Shown here: positions 9,029 to 22,393 of the stretch, one piece after another | How the letters are laid out: each line of letters begins with the position of its first letter | Numbering within the stretch: position 1 is the first letter of the stretch | NCBI GenBank assembly: GCA_041496385.1 | Contig: JBGQEL010000058.1 | Coordinates: forward strand, 1-24,834 | Direction of reading: 5' to 3' | Source: Candidatus Methylomirabilia bacterium | Lineage (GTDB): Bacteria > Methylomirabilota > Methylomirabilia > Rokubacteriales > CSP1-6 | DNA length: 24,834 nt | The notes under the pieces: model-generated | Seen by the model: the letters and a program-made list of their open reading frames with translations, nothing else | Database searches by the model: none | Told to the model about the DNA's origin: nothing | Position numbers and translations under genes: made by a program

Positions 9029-9913
9029 GTGGCGATCCTCGGGGCGGTGCTCGTCTCGCTGCGGCCCCGGCAGTGGGTCAAGAACCTCTTCGTGTTCGCC
9101 GGGCTGATCTTCTCGCAGAAGCTGTTCACGCCCGCGCTCGGCGCCGCCTGCGCCGCCTTCGCGATCTTCTGCGCGCTCTCCGGCGCCATCTACCTGATCA
9201 ACGACGTCGCCGACCGCGAGCGTGACCGGCTCGACCCCAAGAAGCGCCTGCGCCCGGTCGCCGCCGGCCGCCTCGGCCCGGGCGCGGCGACGGCGACGGC
9301 GGCCGCGCTGATCCTCGCGAGCCTCGTCGCGGGCACGCTTCTGCCGCGCGCATTCCTGGCCGCCGCGGTGGGGTACGTGGGGCTCCTCGTCGCGTACTCG
9401 GTGTGGCTCAAGCACATCGTGATCGTGGACGTGCTCGTCGTCGCGTCGGGCTTCGTGCTGCGGGCGGTCGCGGGCGCGGTCGCGATCGACGTCGAGATGT
9501 CGGGCTGGCTGCTCATCTGCACGATCCTGCTCGCGCTGTTCCTGGCCCTCGGCAAGCGCCGCTACGAATCCCTGGCGCTCGGGGCTGACGCCGCGGCGCA
9601 CCGGCCGATCCTCGCCGAGTACAGCCCCGCGCTGCTCGATCAGATGATCGCGGTCGTGACCGCCTCGACGGTGACCGCGTACGCGCTCTACACGATGTCG
9701 CCGGAGACGGTGGCGAAGTTCCGGACGCACCTCCTGCCGGCCACGCTGCCGCTCGTCCTGTACGGGATCTTCCGCTACCTCTATCTCCTGTACCGTCGCC
9801 AGCTCGGCGGGCAGCCCTCGGAGCTCTTTCTGAGCGACCGGCCGCTCCTGGTGAACGCCGTCCTGTGGATTCTCGCCGTGCTGCTGATCATCTACGGCGC
9901 GCGGCTGGAGTAG
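9029..9913 (+). CDS. UbiA-family decaprenyl/polyprenyl-phosphate phosphoribosyltransferase-like membrane protein
   Basis: LRPRQWVKNLFVF, YLINDVADRERDRLDPKKRLRPVAAG, YSVWLKHIVIVD, GFVLRAVAG, KRRYE, YGIFRY; many hydrophobic segments. GTG at 9029 within ORF 8429..9913. Confidence 0.88.
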   Translation: MAILGAVLVSLRPRQWVKNLFVFAGLIFSQKLFTPALGAACAAFAIFCALSGAIYLINDVADRERDRLDPKKRLRPVAAGRLGPGAATATAAALILASLVAGTLLPRAFLAAAVGYVGLLVAYSVWLKHIVIVDVLVVASGFVLRAVAGAVAIDVEMSGWLLICTILLALFLALGKRRYESLALGADAAAHRPILAEYSPALLDQMIAVVTASTVTAYALYTMSPETVAKFRTHLLPATLPLVLYGIFRYLYLLYRRQLGGQPSELFLSDRPLLVNAVLWILAVLLIIYGARLE

Positions 9914-9925
9914 AATGAAACGCCG

Positions 9926-11002
9926 ATGAAGAGCCAGGTCGCGCTGCTCCGGACACGCCCCGAGACCGTCGTCGAGGACTACGGACGCCTCATGCGGCTG
10001 CTGAAATACGAGCGGACGCTGCCGCGCGACCAGGATCTGATCCTCAAGCTCAACCTCTCCTGGACGAAGTACTTCCCGGCGTGCTCGAGCCAGCCGTGGC
10101 AGGTGGACGGCGTCGTCACGACGCTCCTCGAGGACGGCTACGACCGCGCGCGCCTGTTTCCCGTCGAGAACAAGACGGTCGTGACGAATCCCCTGGAGGG
10201 CTGCCGGAACAACAAGTGGTCGCCGATCCTGGCGCGCCACGGGCTGCCGTTCATTCCGCTTCCCGACGTGGAGTGGATCGTCCACAAGTTCCAGAGCCCG
10301 CTCCTGCGGCTGGACCGGATCTTTCCCGAGGGCATCGAGATCCCGAAGATGTACGTCGGCAAGAACATCCTGCATCTGCCCACCGTGAAGACCCACGGAC
10401 ACTCCCGGACCACGGGCGCGATCAAGAACAGCTTCGGCGGCCTCCTGAAGGAGGTGCGGCACTACGCCCACGAGTTCATCCACGAGGTCATGGTCGACCT
10501 CATGTACATGCAGCGCGAGCTGCATCCCGGGATCCTCGCGGTGATGGACGGGACGGTGATGGGCGACGGCGCGGGACCGCGCACGATGGTGCCCCGGGTC
10601 GGGAACCTGATCCTCGCCGGAACCGACCAGGTGGCGATCGACGCGATCGCCGCCACGCTCATGGGCTTCGACCCGCTCGCGATCCCCTACCTGAAGATGT
10701 GCCACGAGCGCGGCCTGGGCGTCGCTCTGCCCAGGGACATCGAGATCGTCGGCGACGCGGACGCCGCGCGGACGAGCCTGGGCTTCACGACGCGCCGGAG
10801 CCTCGTGATCTGGGGCGACCAGCTCATCCGACGCGGACCGCTGCGCCCGCTCAAGCGCCTGTTGCTCCACTCGCCCCTCGTGGTCTGGGCGCCATTCGCC
10901 TCGAACGTCTATCACGACCTTCTCTGGTATCCGACGATCGGTCGCGCGCGCATCCGTGCCTTCGCCGCGACCCCGTGGGGACGCCTCTTCGAGCGCTACT
11001 GA
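9926..11002 (+). CDS. DUF362 domain-containing protein
   Basis: ILKLNLSW, LPTVKTHGHSRTTGAIKNSFGGL, VMDGTVMGDGAGP, LILAGTDQVAIDA, IPYL match the DUF362 pattern as I recall it. Confidence 0.8.
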   Translation: MKSQVALLRTRPETVVEDYGRLMRLLKYERTLPRDQDLILKLNLSWTKYFPACSSQPWQVDGVVTTLLEDGYDRARLFPVENKTVVTNPLEGCRNNKWSPILARHGLPFIPLPDVEWIVHKFQSPLLRLDRIFPEGIEIPKMYVGKNILHLPTVKTHGHSRTTGAIKNSFGGLLKEVRHYAHEFIHEVMVDLMYMQRELHPGILAVMDGTVMGDGAGPRTMVPRVGNLILAGTDQVAIDAIAATLMGFDPLAIPYLKMCHERGLGVALPRDIEIVGDADAARTSLGFTTRRSLVIWGDQLIRRGPLRPLKRLLLHSPLVVWAPFASNVYHDLLWYPTIGRARIRAFAATPWGRLFERY

Positions 11003-11003
11003 G

Positions 11004-12419
11004 ATGGCGGACGCCGTCCGCGTGCGCTTCGCGCCGAGCCCGACGGGGCACCTGCACGTCGGCAGCGCCCGGACCGCGCTCTTCAACTGGCTCTACGCCC
11101 GGCACCACCGCGGGAGCTTCATCCTGAGGATCGAGGACACCGACCGCTCGCGCTCGACCGAGGAGAACATCGGGTCCATCGTCGAGGCGCTCGAGTGGCT
11201 CGGCCTCGACTGGGACGAGGGCCCGCCGGCGGCCGGATACCGGCAGACCGAGCGCTTCGACATCTACCGCGCGCACGCCGCGCGGCTTCTGGCGGCGGGG
11301 CGCGCGTACTACTGCGACTGCCCGCGGGAGCAGCTCGAGCGCGAGCGGCAGGCCGCGCAGGCGCGGAAGGAGACCTTTCGCTACTCCGGGCGCTGCCGCG
11401 ACCGCGGCCTCGCGGCCGGGGCGCTGCGCCTGCGCATCCCGCAGGAGGGCGCGACGGTCGTCGACGACCTCGTCCACGGTCCGGTGACCTTCGAGCACGC
11501 CCAGCTCGACGACTGGATCCTTGTTCGCACGGACGGCACGCCGACCTACAACTTCTGCGTCGTCGTGGACGACGTCACGATGCGGATCACCCACGTCATC
11601 CGCGGTGACGACCACCTGTCGAACACGCCCAAGCAGATCCTCTGCTACGAGGCGCTCGGCTACCCGCTGCCCGAGATGGCGCACGTCTCGATGATTCTCG
11701 GCGCCGACCGGAGCCGGCTCTCGAAGCGCCACGGCGCGACGTCGGTCCAGGCGTTCCGCGACCGGGGCATTCTTCCGGACGCGATGGTGAACTACCTGGC
11801 GCGGCTGGGCTGGGCGCACGGCGACCAGGAGATCTTCACGCGCGCCGACCTCGTCGAGCTGTTCGACATCAAGGACGTGGCGACGTCGGCCGCGGTCTTC
11901 GACGAGACAAAGCTCGAGTGGCTCTCGCACGAGTTCCTGAAGCGCCTGCCCGGCGAAGCGCTGGCGCCCCTCGTGCGGCCGTTCGTCGGCGCCGCGGGCC
12001 TGGCGGCGCCGGACGACGGCCGGCTCGCGCGGATCGTGGACACGCTCAAGGAGCGCGCCAAGACGCTCGTCGAGCTGGTCCAGGTGGGGCGCTTCTACTT
12101 CGCGCGCCCCGCGTCGTGGGAGCCCGCGGCGGCGCGGACGTACCTGACCCCCGAGGGCGCGGTGCGCGTGGTGCTGCTCGCCGAGCGCCTCGGCGCGCTC
12201 GCCGCCTGGGACGCGGCGGCCATCGAGGGCGTCTATCGCGCGCTCACCGCCGAGCTCGGCGTGAAGCTCGTGGAGCTCGCCCAGCTCACGCGGCTCGCCG
12301 TGACGGGCGGCACCGCCTCGCCGCCGATCTTCGAGGTGCTGGCGCTGCTCGGGCGCGACGAGACGCTGGCGCGCCTGCAGGCCGCGCGGGCGCGGGTGCT
12401 CGCGGAGGGCGCGGCGTGA
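11004..12419 (+). CDS. gltX: Glutamate--tRNA ligase
   Basis: VRVRFAPSPTGHLHVG (HIGH), LRIEDTD, YYCDC, PTYNF, ITHVIRGDDH, LSKRHG (KMSKS), plus C-terminal anticodon domain (LAVTG..SPPIF). Confidence 0.96.
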   Translation: MADAVRVRFAPSPTGHLHVGSARTALFNWLYARHHRGSFILRIEDTDRSRSTEENIGSIVEALEWLGLDWDEGPPAAGYRQTERFDIYRAHAARLLAAGRAYYCDCPREQLERERQAAQARKETFRYSGRCRDRGLAAGALRLRIPQEGATVVDDLVHGPVTFEHAQLDDWILVRTDGTPTYNFCVVVDDVTMRITHVIRGDDHLSNTPKQILCYEALGYPLPEMAHVSMILGADRSRLSKRHGATSVQAFRDRGILPDAMVNYLARLGWAHGDQEIFTRADLVELFDIKDVATSAAVFDETKLEWLSHEFLKRLPGEALAPLVRPFVGAAGLAAPDDGRLARIVDTLKERAKTLVELVQVGRFYFARPASWEPAAARTYLTPEGAVRVVLLAERLGALAAWDAAAIEGVYRALTAELGVKLVELAQLTRLAVTGGTASPPIFEVLALLGRDETLARLQAARARVLAEGAA

Positions 12420-13044
12420 GGCTCCTGCTCGCGCGGCACGGCCAGTCGGTGTGGAACGAGGCGCGCAAGTTCCAGGGCGCGACCGACGTCGAGCTCTCGG
12501 CGCTCGGCCGCGCGCAGGCCGGGGCCCTCGGCCGGGCGGTCAAGGGCTACCGGGTCGCGGCGGCCTACGTGAGCCCGATGCGCCGCGCGCTCGAGACGGC
12601 GGAGATCGCGCTGGCGGGGAGCGGGATCCCCCTCGTGCCGCTCCCGGAGCTCCGCGAGCTCTCGCTCGGCGAGTGGGAAGGTCACACGGTGGAGGAGATC
12701 CGGGGCCGCCGCGGCGACCCGTACCTGGCCTGGCTGCGGGCCCCGCACGACTGCCCGCCCCCGGGCGCCGAGCCGCTCGAGGCGGTGTGCCGCCGCGTGC
12801 TGACCGCCGTGGAGCGGATCGCCGCCGCGCACCCGAACGGTGACGACGTCCTCGTCGTGGCGCACGGCGGCGTCATCAGCGTCTACGCCTGCCACCTGCT
12901 CGCCTCCTCGTTCAACGCGCTCTGGCGGCTGCGCGTGGACAACTGCTCGCTCACGATCGTGAAGCCGCCGCGGCTCGTCAGCGTCAACGACACGGCCCAT
13001 CTCGGGGCGGCGCTGCGGACGTCGCACCTGCAGGCGCGCGCGCG

Positions 13045-13048
<4 letters not shown>
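12416..13048 (+). CDS. Histidine phosphatase family protein (phosphoglycerate mutase/CobC-like)
   Basis: RHGQSVWN, SPMRRALETA, LRELSLGEWEG, VVAHGG, NDTAHL. GTGA overlap with the gltX stop. Confidence 0.9.
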
Positions 13049-18014
<4,966 letters not shown>

Positions 18015-18018
<4 letters not shown>

Positions 18019-20588
18019 AGAAGCTCTACGTCGTCGACGGGCACTCGCAGCTCTTCCGCGCCTACCACGCGGTCGGCTACCTCTCGACCTCCACGGGCGT
18101 TCCGACGCAGGCGGTGCTCATCCTGAGCACCATGCTCTGGAAGCTCGTCCGCGAGGAGCAGCCAGACTACCTGGCGATCGCCTGGGACCCGCCGGGCCCC
18201 ACGTTCCGCGACGCGCTCTCCGCGGAGTACAAGGCGACCCGCGCGGCGATGCCCGACGACCTCGTGCGGCAGCTCCCGTACGTGCGCCGCCTCCTCGAGG
18301 CGCTCCGCATGCCGGTCCTCGAGGTGCCCGGGTTCGAGGCCGACGACGTGCTGGCGACGCTCGTCGAGCACGCCCTGGCGCTGCCCGGCCTCGAGGCGGT
18401 CGTCGTCAGCGGCGACAAGGACCTCCTCCAGCTCGTCGGCCCGCGTGTCCGCGTGCTCAGCGTCTCGGGCCGCACGGGCGAGCCGATCGTGTACGACGAG
18501 GCCAGGGTGCGGGAGCGCTGGGGCGTCGAGCCCGGGCAGATCGCCGACGTGCTCGCGCTCATGGGCGACCAGATCGACAACATCAAGGGCGTCCGCGGCG
18601 TCGGCGAGAAGACGGCGGTGAAGCTGATCTCGCAGTTCGGGTCGGTCGATCGTCTCTACGAGAACCTCACGCTCGTCGCCGGCAAGCTGCGCGAGACGCT
18701 CGCGACCGGACGCAAGGACGCGCTGCTCTCGCGCGAGCTGGCGACCCTCAACCGCCGGGTGCCGATCGCGTTCGACCTCGAACGCTTCCGTCGCGCCGAG
18801 CCGGACTGGCCGAAGCTCCGCGCGCTCTGGCAGGAGCTCGAGTTCACGCGGCTGCTGCGGGACCTGCCGGCGCCCGCCGCCGCCGTGAGCGACGAGGCGG
18901 TGCCGGCACTCGCCGACGCGGCGGCGGTGGACGCCTGGCTCGCGCGGGTGCCCGCCGGCGCCCCGCTGGCGCTCGACTGGGCCGGCGTGGCGCGGCCGCC
19001 CGACCCGGAGATCCTCGGCGTCGCCGCGTTCCACCCCGATGCGGGCCCGGCGGGGCTGCCGTCCGCCGGCCTGCCGGAGTCGCTCCGCGGACGCGAGCTG
19101 ATCGTCCACGACGCCAAGCCGCTCATCGAGGCCTGGCTCGCCCGAGGCGCCGCGCCGCCGGCCATCCACGATAGCGCGGTCGCCGCCTACCTGCTCAATC
19201 CCGCGCGCTCGGCGTATCGGCTCGAGGAGCTCTGCGTGGAGGCGTTCGGCGAAGGGCCGCCGCCGCTCCCGGCTGCCGGCGCCGACGGACTCGGCCGGAC
19301 GCTCGGCGCCCGGGCCCGCTGGGCGCACCGGTACTGGGCGCACGCCGCGGCGCAGCTCCGGGACAAGGAGCTCTGGAAGATCTACGAGGAGATCGAGCGC
19401 CCCCTCGTGCCGGTCCTGGCGGTCATGGAGCGCCACGGGATCCGCGTGGACCCGGCGCGCCTCGAGGCGTTCGCCAAGGAGCTCGAGCTGAGCCTCGAGA
19501 ACCTGACGCGCGAGATCTACCGGCTCGCCGGCGGGGAGTTCACGATCGCCTCGCCCAAGCAGCTCGCCCACGTCCTGTTCGAGACGCTGAAGCTGCCGGC
19601 CCTGCGGAAAACGAAGACCGGCTACTCGACGGACGCCGACGTCCTGACGGACCTGGCGCTCCGCCACGAGCTCCCGGCGAAGATCCTGGAGCACCGAAGC
19701 CTGGCCAAGCTCAAGGGCACCTACGCCGACACGCTCCCGGGCCTCGTGCACCCGGCCACCGGGCGCATCCACACGAGCTTCAACCAGCTCGTCGCGGCGA
19801 CGGGGCGGCTCTCGTCCCAGGACCCGAACCTCATGAACATCCCGATCCGGACCGAGCTCGGCCGGCGGATCCGCGCCGCGTTCATTCCCCAGGAGGGCTG
19901 GCGGTTCGTCGCCGCGGACTATTCGCAGATCGAGCTGCGGATCCTGGCGCATCTCTCGGGCGAGCCGGCCATCATCGAGTCGTTCCGTCGCGGCGAGGAC
20001 ATCCACACGCGCACCGCGTCCGAGGTGTTCAAGGTGAAGCCGGAGGCGGTCACGTCGCTCCAGCGCACGATCGCCAAGAGCGCGAACTACGCGATCCTCT
20101 ACGGCGTCTCCGCCTTCGGCCTCTCGCAGGCCACCAAGATCGACCAGAAGGAGGCGCAGCGCTACATCAGCGACTACTTCGCCGCCCACCCCCGCGTGCG
20201 CGCCTTCATCGACAGGACGCTCGCGGAGGGACGCGAGCGCGGCTACGTGACGACGCTCCTCGGCCGCCGCCGCTACCTGCCGGAGCTCACGAGCCCCAAC
20301 CCGGTCGCGCGCAACGCGGCCGAGCGCATGGCCATGAACGCGCCGGTGCAGGGAACCGCCAGCGACATGATCAAGATCGCCATGGTGCGGGTCCAGGCTG
20401 CGCTCGAGTCGCGGAGGCTCCGCGCCCGGATGCTGCTCCAGGTGCACGACGAGCTGCTCTTCGAGGCGCCGCCCGAGGAGGTCGCCGCGGTCGAGGGGCT
20501 CGCGCGCGAGATCATGGAGTCGGCGCTGCCGCTCCAGGCGCCGGTCGTCGTGGACGTCAAGACCGGGAAGGACTGGGCCGAGGTGTGA
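18015..20588 (+). CDS. polA: DNA polymerase I
   Basis: 5'-3' exonuclease (VDGHS, EADD, SGDKD, GD.IDNIKGV.GVGEKTA); polymerase motifs A (ADYSQIELRILAH), B (RTIAKSANYAILYG) and C (LQVHDEL). GTGA overlap with glnE. Confidence 0.97.
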
Positions 20589-21214
20589 GCCGGCGCTTCC
20601 TCCTGGTCGGGCTCACCGGCGGCCTCGCGACGGGCAAGTCCACCGTCTCGGAGATGTTCCGTCAGCTCGGCTGCGTCGTCATCGACGCCGACCGGCTCGC
20701 GCACGAGGTGGTCGAGCCCGGCGAGCCGGCGTATCGCGACGTCGTCGCGGAGTTCGGGCGCGAGGTCGTGCGGGCCGACGGCGCGCTCGACCGGAAGAAG
20801 CTCGGCGCGATCGTCTTCGCGGATGCCGCGCGGCGCAAGCGGCTCGAGGGCATCACCCACCCGCGGATCCGCGAGCGCTTCGCCCGGCGCATCCTGGAGC
20901 TGACGGAGGCCGGCTTCGACGGCGTCGTCCTCTTCGACGCGCCCGTGATGATCGAGAGCGGCAACTACACGAACATGGACCGCCTCGTCGTGGTCGTCAC
21001 CGACGCGGCGACCCAGCACGGCCGCGCCGTCGGGCGCGACGGTGACCCGGCCGACGTCGAGCGCCGCATCGCGAGCCAGATGCCGCTCGCCGAGAAGGCC
21101 CGGCTCGCGGACTACGTCATCGACAACTCCGGCGATCGCGAGGCCACGCTCGCCGAAGTCCGCCGCGTCCACGAGGCCCTCCTCGCCGATCTCAAGGCGC
21201 GCAGAGCTCCTTGA
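20585..21214 (+). CDS. coaE: Dephospho-CoA kinase
   Basis: GLTGGLATGKSTV P-loop, IDAD, LDRKKLGAIVF, LEGITHP, SQMP, ADYVIDNSG. Confidence 0.95.
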   Translation: MSRRFLLVGLTGGLATGKSTVSEMFRQLGCVVIDADRLAHEVVEPGEPAYRDVVAEFGREVVRADGALDRKKLGAIVFADAARRKRLEGITHPRIRERFARRILELTEAGFDGVVLFDAPVMIESGNYTNMDRLVVVVTDAATQHGRAVGRDGDPADVERRIASQMPLAEKARLADYVIDNSGDREATLAEVRRVHEALLADLKARRAP

Positions 21215-21595
21215 CCGGGCGGAACTCGACGACGCCCACGCGCACCAGACGCGCCTCCAGCGGCAGGGACACGCGCTCGGCGATCGCGACGGCCGCCGGG
21301 AGCCGCGCCTCGGCGAAGTCCATGGCGAGCGTACAATGCGGCATCCACGCGCCGGGCGCGTAGTGCGCCCACGCGCCGGCGCCGAGCCCCGCAAAGCGAC
21401 GATGGAAGCGGGCGTGGAGCCCGAGCAGCGCGGCCGTCGGCTCCGGTCGACGGCGTCCGAGATGCCGAGCGTCACGTGGGGATCGGCGCCCGACCGCGCC
21501 ATATGAGTGAAGCCCGCGTCCTCGAGCGCGCGCCAGAGGCCGCGTACGACGGCGGCCGCCGATGGGTCCAGGGTCAGCTCGATCGCGTACGGCAT
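21192..21595 (-). pseudogene. 2H phosphoesterase (2'-5' RNA ligase family), frameshifted and internally deleted
   Basis: N-terminal half MPYAIEL...PHVTL is in one minus frame and C-terminal half PEPTAALL...WMPHCTLA...RPVKELCAP* is in another. Junction at CCGG 21443-21446. Confidence 0.8.
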
Positions 21596-21603
21596 CACCG
21601 CGC

Positions 21604-22389
21604 ATGATGAGCAAGCGGCGCGCGCTCGGCCAGCACTTTCTCCGCGACGCCCGGATGGCTCGCGCGATCGTGGACCTCGTCGCCCCGACCGTGAACGACC
21701 TCGCGGTCGAGATCGGGCCCGGCGAGGGCGCGCTCACCGTGGAGCTGGCGCGGCGCGCCGGACGCGTCGTCGCGCTCGAGGTGGATCGCGAGCTCGTCGA
21801 GCGGCTGCGCGCGCGCCTGCCGGGGGTGGAGGTGGTCGAGGCCGACGCGCGCTACTGGGACTACGGGCGGCTCGCGGCGCCGCCCGGCGGCCGCGTCCTC
21901 GTCGTCGGCAACCTGCCCTACAGCGTCGGCAAGCCGATCCTCATGGCCCTCGTCGCCGCGCGCACCGCGATCCGGGAGATGGCGCTCATGCTCCAGCTCG
22001 AGGTTGCCGAGCGCGTCGCGGCGCCGCCCGGCGGCAAGGTCTACGGCAGCCTCTCGGTGCTGACGCAGATCTACTGTGACGCGCGCGTGGCGTTGCGCGT
22101 CCCGCCGGGCTCCTTCCGGCCGCCGCCCAAGGTGGAGTCGGCGGTCCTCCACCTGCGCGTCCTCGAGTCGCCGAGCGTTCCGCTCGCCGACGAGCGACGC
22201 TTCCAGACGGTGGTCCGGGCGGCCTTCACCCAGCGGCGGAAGATGCTGGCCAACTCGCTCGCCGCGGGCCTCGGCCTGCCGCTTGAGGTCGTGCGGCGCG
22301 CCGCCACCACGGCTGGGGTGGACCCCGCCCGGCGGGCTGAAACCCTGACGATTCTTGAGTTTGCGGCGCTGACGGGCCAGCTATCATGA
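21604..22389 (+). CDS. rsmA: 16S rRNA m6,2A dimethyltransferase RsmA/KsgA
   Basis: KRRALGQHFL, VEIGPGEGALT, VGNLPY, MLQLEVAER, YGSLSV, FRPPPKVES, FTQRRKML, RAETL. Start at 21604 or 21607. Confidence 0.95.
   Translation: MMSKRRALGQHFLRDARMARAIVDLVAPTVNDLAVEIGPGEGALTVELARRAGRVVALEVDRELVERLRARLPGVEVVEADARYWDYGRLAAPPGGRVLVVGNLPYSVGKPILMALVAARTAIREMALMLQLEVAERVAAPPGGKVYGSLSVLTQIYCDARVALRVPPGSFRPPPKVESAVLHLRVLESPSVPLADERRFQTVVRAAFTQRRKMLANSLAAGLGLPLEVVRRAATTAGVDPARRAETLTILEFAALTGQLS
22382..22387 (+). promoter_or_regulatory. Putative -10 box of a leaderless transcript for the M23 gene
   Basis: TATCAT lies 6 nt before ATG 22394. There is no SD, and the rsmA 3' end has AT-rich codons (ATT CTT GAG TTT). 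Confidence 0.5.
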
Positions 22390-22393
22390 ATCG

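Noticed and set aside
20273..21442. 441-aa minus ORF as a full-length protein
   Set aside because: Only the first ~51 aa resemble a 2H protein; the rest is out-of-frame read-through antisense to coaE and polA.
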